Below the pieces are notes generated by a model. That model had not been told where the DNA came from, did no database searches, and saw nothing but the letters and a program-made list of their open reading frames with translations. Below are positions 14,541 to 29,685 of a stretch of DNA of 64,000 nt, piece by piece. Numbering within the stretch: the first letter of the stretch is position 1; every line of letters starts with the position of its first letter. Origin of the DNA: the human T2T-CHM13v2.0 reference genome, Homo sapiens; NCBI RefSeq assembly GCF_009914755.1, contig NC_060930.1. One strand, given 5' to 3'. The position numbers were made by a program, and so were the translations under genes.

Positions 14541-15372
14541 TACACCCAGCATCCCTCAATTTAAGGCCTATCTGCTTAATCACAACAATTCAATCATAGC
14601 TGACATGCTTCTGCCTATTATAGAATATCTGCTCAAGAATTGTGTCTGCTTTGTTGTATCCTTAATACTTAGTATGGAACCATGTACACAACAGATGATC
14701 TAAAAGTCTTTGTTAAATAAAAGAATAAATAGATTTTCATAGAATCGAAAGACTGGAAATCTACCGATGCAGGAAATCTGTCCCTTAGTGTGTTTTCAGC
14801 TGCAGGTAACAGAAAACTCAAAGTAACTTCAGAGCTGGTCAACAGAGAAATCCCATGATACCATCAAGGCCTGGTGTTTCTTCATTTCTCACTCTGCCCT
14901 CCAGAATGTTGACTTCATCCTGATTATCTTCTAGATTTCAGGGTGACTTCTTCGAGGAAATGAAGCTACAGGATTCCCTATCTGTGTTTGGAGAGAAAGA
15001 AGCTGCCAGGAGTTCTTCCTTTCAGCCAAATTGAGCCGAATCAGGTCACCTGCCCCTTTCTTAATCATTATCTGACCACTCAGGTCTGGGTCCCTGATGC
15101 AGCCACACATCGGGGGTACAGGATTAACATGACTGATTTAACCTGACCAGCATCTACTCTGAAACAGACCTCTTTTGCACAACTTATTGCTCTTCTGCAA
15201 TGGTTGAGAAAGGGGATGGAGTTGGGGAATCAACTGCAATGTCCACCTAGAGGAAGAGGTGCCACTAGAGATTTAGATAGATTGTTCACATCCAAATAAA
15301 GTGATGGTTGTCACATTTTTCCAATCAGTGCTGGAATTAGTAGTGTCTCTTTACAAATATGAAAAATATCTC

Positions 15373-15700
<328 letters not shown>

Positions 15701-16559
15701 CTATGGATACCTAGAGTGCTCTTCAATGCCACAAAACAGATGAGCAAGTCTGGGGTTTAAATTATGGCTATCGTTTTGTTACTATTGTTATTATGGCTGG
15801 GGACCCAGAAACTAAGTGTTCCTTTATTAATCGATTCAGAAGAGCTTGAGCCTAAGACAAGACTCCGAGAAAATGGGTATCTGTGCTTCAACGGCTCTTC
15901 TAAGTCCCTCTAGATTTTAAATTCTGGGCAAAGCATACTCAGATGAGAAGTACAGAGAGAAAGCTCAACAGAACAAGCCAGTTCTGCAGAGAAAATTACT
16001 CACTGCTACTTGCAAGGAGGACAGACAACATAAATGGAATGAATGGACAGGGCTGGGTTGCCCCCCAGGAGTCAGTTCTTGCCTGGGTCTAAGACAAGAA
16101 ACACAGAGTAAGAAGATAGCGTTTGTGCATCTGTCTTTGAGTCACACTAATCTCACCCATTAGTAAAATACAGCCCAATGAAGCCCAAATACACACAATA
16201 ATATTACCAACTTCTCCTCCCTTGTGGGGGACACAAACGAAGTCCTGGTATTAGACGTTCCCCTCTCATACAGCTAGGAGATATTACCGATTAACTGATA
16301 TCTACAAAGCACTTGACAGTTTATATTCACAAGCACTTTCTGAGTTTTTCTTCTCCCTTATTCTGTGCACAGTGACAACTACTGCCCATTTTACAGATGA
16401 AGAGACTGAGATTCAAGACTAACCAGATTTCATCAATTCCACTGCATGTGCTCGTGGGACACTAAGCTCTGAAAAAGGAAACCAAACTATCTAAATTTAG
16501 AATAATTTGTTTAATAATTGCAAAGGGAGGAAGTGAACAACAAGGGTCAGCTTGTCTAG

Positions 16560-16765
16560 AAACTCGCTCCTCAAAGTGAGCTCCAGGGACCAACGGCACC
16601 AGCATCACACCTGAGACCTTGTTAGAAATGCAGAATTTCAGGCCCCAGCCCAGACCTGGTCCATTAGAATCTGGATTTTAGTAAGTATTATAGTTTAGTA
16701 AGTATTTTAGTTTAGTATTACCTAGAGGATCTGAAAGCACATTAAAGTGTGGGAAGTATGTATCT
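16560..16765. mobile_element. MER5A
   Basis: 'ctcaaagtg...gcaccagcatcacacctgagaccttgttagaaatgcagaatttcaggcccc'. Confidence 0.75.
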
Positions 16766-17243
16766 AGAAGGGTCTAGAAGAGATGGCATACTGTCTGGGG
16801 CATTTTATCTTCTACTGGAGATCAGGAAGTGGGAGACCCAAAGGACAGGGTATACTGCAAGGACGCTGAATGGATGGACTTGAGGATTCAGGGGTGGCAG
16901 GATGCTTTCTGGGGAGTCAATGATGGGCACTAGACAGTCATACAGCACAGACTAAGGTCTCCTACACTAGCTTCTGCCTCTGTGTTCTGGGAATTTCAGT
17001 GCTGCCCAGACTGATAAAACACTCCACGGGAGAGACTCTGGACATATTTTTGTTGATGCAAGGTTGGCAAGGCAATTATTCAGCTACATCTTGGTCTTCA
17101 CCTTTGCTCATGCAAAGTCTGTTACCATGATTGCAAAAATCTTTGCAAACTGCAGGTCAAACTCTCCAGGCAACAGGTAAGGAGATTTTTATATTTTCTC
17201 TTTTCTCTCTTATATAAAAGGAGAGGCAAGAGTATTTCCTCCT

Positions 17244-17862
17244 GCAGATTGTAAATTAGTTCAGGCCCTATGGAAAGAAGTTTGCAGATTTCTCATAGAA
17301 CTAAACATAGAATTACCATTCGACCCAGCAATCAATCTCATTAATGGGTATATACCCAAAGGAAAATAAATCATTCTACCAAAACACACATGCACATGCA
17401 TGTTCCTCACAGCACTAGTCACAATGGCAAAGTCATGGGATCAACCTAGGTGCCTATCAACAGTGGACTGGATAAAGAAATTGCGGTACATATACAGCAT
17501 GGAATACTACTCAGCCATACAAAAGAATGAAATCATGTCCTTTGCAGCAATGTGGATGCAACTGGAGGTCTCTATCCTAAGTGAATTAAACACAGAAACA
17601 GAAAACCAAATAACACATGCTCTCACTTATAAGGGAGCTAAACATTGGGTACACATGGGCATAAAGATGGAAACAGTATACACTGGGGACTCCAAAGGAA
17701 GGGAGGTGGGGAGGGGAGCAGGGATTGCAAAACTACCTATTAGGTATTATGCTCCTTACTTGAGTGACAGGGTCAGTCACACCCCAAACTTCAGCATTAC
17801 ACAATAAGCTCATGTAACAAACTTGCACATGTACCCTCTGAATCCAAATTTTTTTTTTAAAA
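17244..17862 (+). mobile_element. 5'-truncated L1PB-type LINE
   Basis: ORF2 C-terminus (ORF 17400-17807: MFLTALVTMAKSWDQPRC...WIKKL...MEYYSAIQKNEIMSF) plus 3'UTR; 16-bp TSD aaga[g/a]tatttcctcct at 17228-17243 and 17863-17878. Confidence 0.9.
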
Positions 17863-19621
17863 AAGAATATTTCCTCCTACAGAAGTGGTAGCAGTTATGA
17901 CCTAGCTTCACCATTTCCCGAGGCAAGATGAATACACTTAAATCTCTTTTCAAGAAAAGTTATCCCAAGAAGTCCACAGTGTGCAAAGCATGCAAAGGGA
18001 TGATAATAATAATCATAGAAATCAAGCCTTCCAAGAAAATTGGATTTTAATAACTGCTCTTTAAGGCTGGCATAGCCATCTGATGTCAGGGAGGGACCCA
18101 GCATATACCAGAGGACCAAATGCTAAAGAGAGTCAGCATTTCTGCTCAATTACCTTCTCTAAGTTCACACAAGGAATTGTATTTCATTTTTATGCTTCAC
18201 AAAAACGCTCAGAAAAGACAGATTTCTAAAAGCCAAAATATCCCCCTCCATAAAAAGCCCTTTCACATAATCAAGGCTTTTATTTCGGCTTTTATTTCAG
18301 CTTTTACAATACTCTTTGCCCTTCTGTGCTTTGTCCTGAAATCTTATAAAACCAAGATTTGGCTCTTTTATAATTCATGGCATGTGATGTTCTTGGCCCT
18401 TGAAATTTCTTTAGAAAAAAAAAAGTGATTACATAGTTCAATTCTGTTGCATGGGGCAGAGAGTCTTTATTTTTCTATGAAAGTCAAGGATTTAGACTTT
18501 TCCTGATAAAGTCAGGTGCCTGTATACTGCTGTCTCAGAGCAAAGTCAAACAAAGGAATATAATCAAGTGTCACTATTTTGTTTAACTAACTGGGGATGA
18601 GACCAGAGTAAAGCAATAAAAAGTTTGAGTTTTGGACTCCACTTTAAAGCAATACAATTTTATTGCTTTCAAGTATATAGAAAATTCAAATTAGGCCAAT
18701 CAAGCAGTGTCAGATAAAGGTCTTTTGAGGATTTTCTTTAGCAAATAAACAAGGAAGAAGTGTAATGATCACAGTTCACTGACTAATTAATATTCTCCAT
18801 TACACGGGTTTGTTATTATTACACTAATGCCACTGGTTTATTACCAGCTCACCAACACTCCTGATTTATTTTTATTCCATAACAATCCTGCTTCTATAGC
18901 AAAACTCTCCAGTTTGTTCATTTCAGTGATTGTAAAATTTTCCGTTTAATCTTTTTTACACTTTTAATTTGCCCAGCAAAGGTTGATTTCAAAGGTTGAT
19001 TTACCACTTTATAGTCAAGGTTTAGAGGGAGACAATGGGTCTGTAACTAAATCATTTTTAACTCTAATTTGATGATTTTTTTCAATCAGTGTGGTTTAGT
19101 GGTGGGAAAAAATGAAAAGAAGACCTGAGTAGAAATCAAATTATTTACCCTCCCTGATTTTATTTCTTCCTCAGATTGGGATTGCAAGATACCTCAAAAG
19201 ATGGTGTTAGGATGAAATAGGATTAATGTATATGAGTATTTTGCTTACTGCTCTGTTGACAGAGAAGCACTATTCAAATGTTGGATATTATTATTAGTAA
19301 TACTTTAAACTCTGGATTAATGAAGCCCAAGTTAATGACTTTTATGTATGAAAAAAACTTGTTCAGTCAGATATTTTTCTATGATGAATCATTCCTTTTC
19401 AGTAAGGAAGGTTATTGGTAATTCCTCTATCTTTCTCAGGCCTTTAGATCGCTACCCTGTTTGCAAAGTATTACCCATGGTTTAGAAAAACAAACCTCTT
19501 TTTGGGGATCCAAATTAAGGTCTACCTTCCCCAAGAAGTGTGCTGTGATTACTTCATTTCAGTTCTTTCTCTGCCTCCTCTGATTGACTACACCCCGCAA
19601 TTGGATGAAATTTAACAAACA

Positions 19622-19995
19622 CAGACAGTATTGACTTAACAACTTTTCAACTTTATGATGGTGCAAAAACAATATGCATTCAGTAGAAGCTGTACTTTGA
19701 ATTTTGAATTTTGATCTTTTCCCAGGCGGTACGACACTGTCTCATATAGCTAGGCGGTGGCAGCTCCCAATCAGTCACTCAATCATGAGGGTAAACACCT
19801 GATACTCTACAGCAGGCTGTGTTGCCCATGATTTTGCCCAGCTTTAGGCTAATGTAAGTGTCCTGAGCACATTTCAGGGAGGCTGGGCTAAGCTATGATG
19901 TTCAGTTGGTTAGGTGTACTAAATGCATTTTCGACCTACAATGATTTCAGCTTCAGATGGGTTTATCAGGACATAGTTAAGTAGAGGAACATTTG
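19622..19995 (-). mobile_element. MER47/Tigger5-family DNA transposon
   Basis: 'gattttgcccagctttaggctaatgtaagtgtcctgagcac...gctaagctatgatgttc...ttaggtgtactaaatgcattttcgac'. Confidence 0.8.
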
Positions 19996-20954
19996 TACTG
20001 AAAACGCTCTAAGGTTAAGACACCATCCTGGGTGCTGGGGTAGGCTGTGAGGAGTGAGAAGGTCATGGGATCAAATGTGAAGAGAGGGCCAAAGGACAAA
20101 TCCAACGGAGAACCTCTCCAGGCCCCAGAATTCATAATCTACTGAAGGGCAAACGTCGGACATTTATACCATATGAGGCAAGTAGTGGTAAATGCAAAAT
20201 AGAAATATAAAATGTTGAGTGTACAGAAAGAAGAGATTCATTGTGACTGAGAGCATCTAGGAAGCCTTCTTAAGGAGAGGGGATTCTAGCTGAGTCTTGA
20301 AAGGTGTATTCGATCTGGGGAAGAAGTTTGATCTGTGGTTAGATCCAAGCTGCTGGATCTGGGGTGGGATTGCAGAACACTGGGGAAAGGAAGGAAGCTG
20401 GATCATGGAGCGTCTAGTGGGATGGACTGTTGATGCAGGTAGAGACCTGCATCCCTAAACCAAAGTGTGCCAAGTATCACCATTCTTTACTCTGCTTGAA
20501 TCAACTTAACCTAGACTCTGAGCTTCTATGTCACCAAGCAGGTGGAAGTCCCATCTCTGCCATGACGGCTTACAGAGAGCCATACTCTCTGTCCCTGGGA
20601 GTATAGAGTGCTTGTAGGGACCACAGAAAAAAGGGGCAGAAGCCTCTATGCTCCAATCCACCACAGTCAGCACTGAGGTCTTCAGAGCCAAAGCCTGGGA
20701 GATCACATGAACACTTGCTCCTTTCAGATGGAGAGTGAGGAAAAGGCATCTTTGCCTTGGCTGGCATCCCAGGCTGCAGTTCAGCCTCTCTAGACCCAAC
20801 ATGCAGCCTGGGACTGCCTGGGACTTTACCCAAGAGGCAGCCACTCCCAGGACTTCTATCTCTTCTCCACTTGGGGAAAATCACCGCCTCTCCCCTCTTC
20901 TAATTTCTAAGACAATGCTTTCATCTTCTTCCCACCTCAGGGATTGCTATGGTT

Positions 20955-21329
20955 GTAAAAGTCCATCTAGGCTGCTATAACAGAGTCCCATAGACTGGGT
21001 GGCTTCAAGAATAGACATCTCTTTCTCACAGTTTTGGAAGCTAGAAAGTCCAAGATCAAGGTGCTGGCTTATTCAGTTCTTTGCAAGGGCCTTCGTCCTG
21101 GCTTGGAGACAACCACCTTCTCGCTCTGTGCTCACCTGGCCTGACCTGGGTGGCAAACAGAGCTCTCTTCCTCTTCTTCTCAGGGCACTAATACCATCAT
21201 AAGGATCCCATTCTCAGGACCACATCTAAACCTACTTATCTGCCAAAGGCTCCCCTTCTAAATATCTTCATATGGGGTTACAGATTCAACACAAGAATTT
21301 CAGGGAGACACAAACACTCAGTCCAAACA
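20955..21329 (-). mobile_element. MLT1A-type MaLR LTR
   Basis: 'gctgctataacagagtcccatagactgggtggctt...gtccaagatcaaggtgctggc'; ends 'gacacaaacactcagtccaaaca'. Confidence 0.8.
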
Positions 21330-22158
21330 ATAATATGTGCAATGAGCTTAGGTTTTTGTAAACTGCAGGAATGCTGTCAGCTCTGCAATGCAAGGAATAG
21401 GAACAGCCCAGCTGTTTGTTTGAAACGGTTGGAAGAGTGGAAATACAGGAAAGAAAGCTCGAGGTAACAGTATCTCAGGAAAGAAATTAGCCACATGGCT
21501 TATAGCTTTTCTCATATGGCTGTATTTTGCTGTTACTTCCCCTTTTATTTGGATGAATTTTCAACCCAACTGTATCATATATACCTTGAGGCCAATAAAT
21601 ATGCTTTACATCTTTTCATCCCCTGTGGCACTCAGGCAAATTGTATGATTGGAGAAAACACTGATGAATTTTCGTTGAGTGACAAGAAATGAATGTTCTC
21701 CGAGCCTTCCAAGCATGCTACCCAGGGCTGACTCTATGTGGAAAGCAGTCTATGGCTCCTTGTGAATATGGCATTTCCAACCATGTCTCAACACACACAC
21801 AGATGTACACACACACACTCCTTAGAGCACACATCAATAAATAAATAAGGATCTCAAAGTCACAGAAGAGTTTCTCATTTTGGATGTTATTTCCCTTTTA
21901 GCTTTAGGTGATGGAGAAAGTGGCGCTTATTATCACTGCAAAATGTTCTAATTTGCTGTGTGACCTTCATAGGGTAATTTACCCAATAGAAAAGGTATCA
22001 GATGTAGAAGACTATGGTCCCTTGAAACCACATTTCCAAAGGTTGCTGTAGTTGAGAGTCAGGAGGAACAATAAGTTGGATAAGTCTTCATTATCATTAT
22101 GATTTAAAGCCAGTCTATAAGATCCCCTTCTTCTCTACGAAAGCACACACCAACTAGA

Positions 22159-22159
<1 letters not shown>

Positions 22160-22195
<36 letters not shown>
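22160..22195 (+). repeat. (CA)n microsatellite
   Basis: Direct inspection. Confidence 0.95.
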
Positions 22196-22196
<1 letters not shown>

Positions 22197-22218
22197 CAAC
22201 TATAATTCTAAATAGACA

Positions 22219-22736
22219 TTGTATTAGTTTCCTATGGATAGAAATAAATTTGTTGTAACATTACTGCAAACTTAGTGGCTTAAAACAACAGAAATTTATT
22301 TTCTCACAATTTTGGACTCCAGAAGTCCAAAATCAGTATCACTGGGCCAAAATCAGGGTGTTTGCAGGGCTACGCTCCATCCAGAGGCTCTAAGGCAGGA
22401 TCCATTCCTGGCATCTTTCAGCTTTTGGTGGCTCTGGTATTCCTTGGCTTGTGGCTGCATCTCTCCCATCATCCAGATCAGCATTATCGAGTCTCTCTCT
22501 GCTCCATCTTCACATTTCCTTCTTTTCTTGTGTCAGATTTCTTTCTGCTTCACTCTTATGAGGATACAGGTTATTGCACTTAGAGCCACCTGCATAGCCC
22601 GGGACCATCTCGTGATCTCAAGATCCTTAATCACATCTGCAAAGCCCCCTTTTTCTTACCACATCAGGTAACATTCACAGGTTCCAAGGATTAGGATGTA
22701 GATATTTTTTGGAGGCCACTTTTCATCCTACCGCAG
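22219..22736 (-). mobile_element. MLT1 (C/D/E type) MaLR LTR
   Basis: 'tgtattagtttcctatgg...cttagtggcttaaaacaacagaaattta...aatcacatctgcaaag...ggtaacattcacaggttccaaggattagg'. Confidence 0.8.
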
Positions 22737-23782
22737 AGGTGTTCTTATACCAACTCTAGAGCTCCCCTAAACTTTAATTATTAACAGGACAATTATCCAG
22801 TGTGTAGACTATTTGGACATTTTGCTTTTCTATTTTGTTATTCTCTGGCCTTTCTGGGCCACATTGTTCTAAGAGTAGAGAGATGAAACTCAAAGAGTCA
22901 ATTTAACAATTAAATTAATAAAAGGTTGATGAGTAGCTTTTCCTTGCATTGCAGCTCTGACAAATGGTTGATGAGTAGTTTAATTAGTTGACTAAAATGA
23001 ATATAATATTACCTGGGATTTGTTTATTCCTTGCTCATTTTAACTTAGATAATCAAGAATCAATAATAGAGAGAGAGTTGGGAACCCAAAAGGTAGATCA
23101 AATAAATCATTCATTTTCTTTTTGTATTTTCTTTAGGCTCTTCTCTTGCTAATTTCACAAATTATAAATTAATGAACCATGCAGAAGTAGACTGTGAAAT
23201 CTGTCCTCATGGGCAGGAGTCTCAGTTCTGTTTCTGTTTACTCTGGAATTACTCTGGCCAGTCACTGTGGGAAGTTTGAAAAATGAAAAGAATGAATCTA
23301 TTTATTTCTTTATATTACACTAGGATTTTTTAAACATAATGGATCTAATGAATTCAGTTTCTCTGTTTAACAAAAACTTCAGAAAAAGTATGCTAAGTGC
23401 TTTTGTATTTCTAATAAATATTTAATGCTGTGGTTTTAAATGCTTATAAATTCATTCATTCATTCATCTGTGTATTCGGCCACTATTTACTCAATGCCAG
23501 CTGTGTGTTTGCCACTGTTCTGGTCACTGGGGTACCTTAAAAGTCTGAATGTGCCTTGTAGTATTCTTAAAGCAAAGCTTAAATACTGGGAGAATCTAAT
23601 TTAATTTATATGAGTTGGTTTGCACTCCTAAGGTCCTAGGAAGAAGGATGTTAAAGAAATCTAAGTCAACATTGGCCTTGTCTCACTCCTTTAGGTATCA
23701 GACAGCTCTAGCAATGCTGTGTTGTGGACAGAAGTGCCTCTTTCCAACTCCCACTAACCTGGCTTCATTGGATAAAAAGCTC

Positions 23783-24030
23783 TGATATGGTTTGGCTGTG
23801 TCCCTGCCCAAATCTCATCTTGAATTATAGCTCCCATAATCTCCATGTGCCATGCGAGGGACCCCGTGGGACGTAATTGAATTATGGGGGCCGGTTTTTC
23901 TTGTGCCGTTCTCATGATAGTGAATAAGTCTCACAAGATCTGATGGTTTTATAAAGGGCAGTTCCCCTGCACAAGCTCTCTTGCCTGCTGCCATGTAAGA
24001 CATGCCTTTGTTCTTCCTTCACCTTCCACC
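23783..24030 (+). mobile_element. 3'-truncated THE1 (C/D) LTR
   Basis: Starts 'tgatatggtttggctgtgtccc..ccaaatctcatcttgaatt'; stops at 'caccttccacc' without the normal '...gactaataca' end. Confidence 0.85.
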
Positions 24031-24089
24031 AGCCCTATGTGAAATGAAGATCTGATCAACAGCCCTGTGTGAAATGAAGATCTGATCAA
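24030..24089 (+). repeat. 30-bp tandem duplication
   Basis: cagccct[a/g]tgtgaaatgaagatctgatcaa x2. Confidence 0.95.
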
Positions 24090-24854
24090 TTAACCAGGTG
24101 ATTAAATTGATGAAGATAGCCAACCAAAGTTATTCTAACTCTGGAAAGAAATTTTTTACCACCTTCACGTTCTAATAGATGAATCAAATGAATAGCGATT
24201 ATTATCACATTAGCAGTATAAATGTCTATGTGATTTAGTGTTACGAAGACACACACTTCAATTTTGCCTAGGTATTTTCATTATTCTCTGTACCTCCATC
24301 ATAGCTCCACTTTGTATGCTTATGATTTTTATTATTATAAATAAGTTATTACTCTGATAAACATTTCTTTATTAAAACTATTTAGGATGGTTGTATTAGG
24401 TTGTATTTCGTCTCTTTATTAAGATGGTTGGCTTTCTGAATTACTTTGGTATGCACTGAAAACAATAAATAAATAAATATAACTTAGGAAAAACAGTAGG
24501 GCAAGAGATTGAAAGGAAGGTTAGATTTCACCCTCCTGGCACTGAGCGTGTGTTCAACCCAGAAAACAGGAATTCTCTCCTTCTATTCAGAATGACTATG
24601 TTTTGGCAGGAAAAACTGCCACTAACTCATTGATTTCTTCACTTCCTGTTAAAAAAAAATAGTGAATATTTCACTTAAGCCTAACTTGTAAGTATCAAGA
24701 CAAAAATACTAAGACATCGCCTTAGTATTTTTTTGAGTTGACATTTGCACAACTCAAACATCCTATCTACTTTTTAACCAAGAATTGTGTATTATTGAAA
24801 TTGGGTGGCTGGGTTTTACCTCTTTGCTCACATGTGTTTACGAAAACCACTGAG

Positions 24855-25165
24855 GGCCAGGCATGGTGGTTCACGCCTATAAACCCAACACATTGGGAGC
24901 CTGAGACAGGAGGATTACTTGAGCCTAGGAGTTTGAGACCAGCCTGGGCAATAAAGGAACACCCCATCTCTTAAAAAAGCTTTTTTAAAAAATTAGCCAG
25001 GCATGGTGGAGCATGCCTATAGTCCTAGCTGTTTGGGAGGCTGACATGGGAGGATTGCTTGAGCCCAGGAGTTCACGGCCATAGTGAGCTACTCTCATGC
25101 CACTGCACTCCATCTTGGGCAACAGAGAGAAAACCTGTCTCTAAAAAAATAGAAATAAAAATAAA
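24855..25165 (+). mobile_element. AluJ
   Basis: J-type 'ggaggattgcttgagcccaggagtt' in both arms. Confidence 0.9.
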
Positions 25166-26439
25166 GAAGAGTTGAATACAAATAAGCATTTATTGGGACA
25201 CAGTTGTCAGTTTCCAGCCTTTGATCATCTTCCATTCCTCCCCCTGAATATTTCTCGCTGAATGATTGGTCAGGTGACAGCTTTAAGACTTAGCTCAAAC
25301 CCATTGGAGCCTGGCTGTCCAGATGACCTGGTGTGGCTGGAAAGGATTTTGCCCTGCATGGATGTGACACTGTGGGATGATGTCAAGGGCTCTGGGGTAA
25401 GCTAGAAACAAGTGGAAACTGGATCTGCCTGTCACTAGCTACTTGGCCGGGGCCAAGAGATTTTTCCCTTTCTGAGCTGCCAATTTCTCCACTGTGAACT
25501 GCAGACAGTGGTAAGTACAGTGGTCACTGAGTGGGCGTAGGGGGCCTGCTGAGAGAATTCATTTAACCTGCTTCAAGCTCAGGGAGTGCCCACCTAGTGG
25601 GGCTTCTCTGCATCCTGTTCCTCTGGCCCTTGTCCCAGCCCTCTGCACTCTACCATGAGGAAAATTAAACTACTGAATTTTGATTCAGTTTGGGCTGTGT
25701 CTTTTAACAAAAGCCCTATCTCTAGCAATCCTGTACTTTGTCCTGGTTAGTGCACAAGGATTAATGTACTGCAGGTCTTACCTTTTCCTTTGGACTGTGA
25801 ATTCCGTAAGGTCACAGAGTTTGACAAGCTTATCTTTGTCTTCCCGCCATCTTACCCGACACCTGGGGATGTACAGCTGTTTCATAAGTGCATGTTGAAA
25901 TGAAATAAAATGAATGTAGTACATACCAGAAGGTTGTTTCTTTTAAATAAGAGTATAGTTGAATCTATGCATTCATGCATGCATCAAATTTATATTGGTT
26001 ATTTCTTGTGTGAAAGATCTCTAAGCTCTCTCCTCAGCTTCAAATATGAAGAAACCTTCTGTTGAGCTGATGAGGAAAAAGAAACATAAATTTTTTAAAT
26101 GACCTGTGTAAGGTAATTAAGCTATTAAAATGTCTTTCAGTACAAAACACTATTATCTATCTATGTATATGTACATTTTCACACCAGGTTCAGACTCTCT
26201 TTTCTACTTAGGTTATGGGGAAAAGCTCATCAGCTTCAGTTGAGATTTTCATTGCTTTGAAGAACTCATTCCTAATTTTCATTGTCTTAAAAAATGATAA
26301 AAACTTCTTCATTTTTTTTACCACATTTTTTGTCACATGCATTTATTGTCTTCTCTGCAGTCTCGCTGTGCATCTCTCAACAGCCTCTTGACTCCACCCT
26401 GTTCTTGCATTGCTCCCTCTGGAGGAGTAGAACAATATG

Positions 26440-26700
26440 GCCAACACTCACGTAGCACTTACTGTGTGCGAGGTATTATATTGTAAGCACTTCACACTTA
26501 ATAACTCATATTTACCTTCTGAGGTAGGTTAAGAAAAAAAAAAGGTAGGTAGGTAGGTAGTTTTTGCATCTGCAAAACCCCACTTTGCAGACGAAAAAGT
26601 TGAGATTAAGTAACTTGCTCAAACCCCACATCTGGTAAACCGTAGAGCTGGAATTTGAACCCAGGCAGTCTGTCATTAGAATCAGTGCCCATGACCACCA
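26440..26700 (-). mobile_element. MIR SINE with an internal A/(GGTA)n run
   Basis: 'cccactttgcagacgaaaaagttgag...taacttgctc...agagctggaatttgaacccaggcagtctg'. Confidence 0.8.
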
Positions 26701-27079
26701 TGATCTACAGTCACAGGATACAATGAAGATGGTGCATTGGACACATTTGAATGTAATCCACATGCAGATAAGGTTTGCATATGCTAGTGGGGAAACCCTT
26801 TGAATACTACCAGGACTCTGTATCATCTAGTCAATCTGTAACACCCGAAGGGAGTTCACATTTTTGCTATACTGCCATCCAGCGTAATGTCAGCTCTGTA
26901 TTCAGGCACAGGAGGAGATATAGTTGTGGATACTCAGTAAGTACTTACAAAATATGAAGGATCATTAAACAAGAAAAGCAGATATTAATAACTTCACCTC
27001 TGTGGTTGTAATCAGTAGGCTTCCCTTTTATGAGATAAGGAATTACTTTATAATGTCAATGTTGTTTTTCTATATATCT

Positions 27080-27762
<683 letters not shown>

Positions 27763-28403
27763 CTATCCTTGAATGCAGCAGAATGTAGTGATACTCTCGA
27801 ACTGAGTATAAGTGTCTGCTACTGTACAAAGCATATTACTCATGGCCTCTTTATTTACACTGGTGTGTTGTAATTTAAGTTGGCTGTTGCTATAGTTTGA
27901 TGTTCAGCCACTTGCAATCTTGGCTAGCTAACATAAACTCAGAAGTTTGGAGTCATACAGAGATTCTTGTTTCCAATATAGTATGTAATATAGTGATTTG
28001 GTGTGGGGGTGTCAATTTGATGACTTCAATATCTGTTACCCAAACATATCAAAAAAATACAGTCTGTTTCAGTCTTTTAGACTGTTATAAAGCCAAATGA
28101 GGTCATGTCTGTAAACTGCTTTCAGCTCTTTGGTGGAAAATACATTATAAACAGTGTGTCTTCTTCTTATACATAATAACTTGTTGCTGGGGAAGAGCTC
28201 AAAATTACCTTACATGGAATATAAGATATTCATGGAGGTATTTGGAAATCTATATCAGTCTCCTTTGTACTTATTTTTGGAAATGGCAATTTTTCCCAAA
28301 TAAGAAATAGAAACTTATATGGGCAAATGTGGACTGTTAGAATAAAGTTTTCCTTTATTAAAAATTCTTCCCCAAACTAGACAAACAAGTAAAACCAGAT
28401 AGG

Positions 28404-28404
<1 letters not shown>

Positions 28405-28459
<55 letters not shown>
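28405..28459 (+). repeat. (TG)n microsatellite, about 27 units
   Basis: Direct inspection. Confidence 0.95.
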
Positions 28460-28462
<3 letters not shown>

Positions 28463-29604
28463 TTTTATGAGACAAATTGGGTCTATTGATCTTAGGAGCT
28501 ATTCAATCACTATATAATCAGAGAAGAAGACAGCTTGATGCTAGTATCTTTGTATGGTGGTTGTTTCTGAACTATACTGTATTGCTTTCCTATCATGCAC
28601 ATTGATATGTACACTGAGGTTCATTCTGCATTTGCGAAATAACTCATGAGCAAGCCAATGTTCAAGATAACTCAAGTGAAAATAACATCATAAAGGTGTA
28701 ATAACTATCTAACTATATTGGATCCTGGGATGTTGGGAATTGGGAGAGGCCAATCCTGGATGTGCTGGCTCACTAACTGGGATCCTAGGTTGTTTGAGAA
28801 CCTGGAGGCAATGTCATGAGCAGGCAACATGATCACTCTGACTGACCCGGCAAGGAGGCACCCAAAGTCCCATCAGAGACTTTGGAGATGCCACAGGCAG
28901 GTGTGAGGCTGAGATGGACACCAGATGAGTGACAAAGGGCCTGGCACAAAGGGCCCTGCATGGATTTAGTAGAGCATTCCTCAGCCATTTCAGCTGGCTT
29001 CTATGCCTACCTGCTTGGGAAGACTTCCCTCCTTGGCAACTTAACAGGGACTAGACAAACTCTGGCCAGATATTTGGAGCACACAGAAGCAGTTCTACAG
29101 ATCTGTATTGCAATTATTTGTTTTACACAGATAAATAAAAACTGAGATTAAAACTTTGTTCAAGAGAAATAAGTTATTAATCCCCCCAGGATTTTAAAAA
29201 TTCATTTCTGAATCAATTTCATTAGAACAGAAATAAGTCTACCTCAATGGGACAGATATGGAGAGTAGGCTGAAATGAATGGAAAACTAGATTGCAGTGC
29301 TGTCTGGTGGGTGTTGATAACAATGAGGTGCTCCTTCTACCAAAGCAGTGTGTCCAGGGCAGGTGAGATGCTCAGAGATCAGGGTAGGGCAGGACTTCAG
29401 GGGGAGCCTGTCTAGCAGGAAAGATAATTGTTCATTTTACAGTTTGACCTCAGGTCTAAAGAGTCTGCTTGGGGCTGGCCTTGAAGAAGGATGCATCGTC
29501 CCTGCTTTCTGGCAAAGGTAGACTTTCTTATTTGAATCCTAAAGCCTAAAAGAAAAAGAAGAAAAAGAAATTGTCATTAATAACTGTTGGTGACCTAAAA
29601 CATT

Positions 29605-29685
29605 ACACGTCACTCAAACTAATATTCCTGTTGAATGTTGTTATCACATGTCACTCAAACTAATATTCCTGTTGAATGTTGTTAT
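29605..29685 (+). repeat. 41-bp-period tandem duplication
   Basis: aca[c/t]gtcactcaaactaatattcctgttgaatgttgttat x2. Confidence 0.95.

Noticed and set aside
11588-14770. Exact 16-mer ggaaatctaccgatgc at 11588-11603 and 14755-14770
   Set aside because: About one such match is expected by chance in 64 kb; the flanks do not extend and no single element lies between them
17400-17807. 135-aa ORF
   Set aside because: L1 ORF2 C-terminus running into the L1 3'UTR
18275-19002. Short 12-13-bp tandem repeats (gcttttatttc[g/a]; caaaggttgattt x2)
   Set aside because: Ordinary slippage micro-duplications
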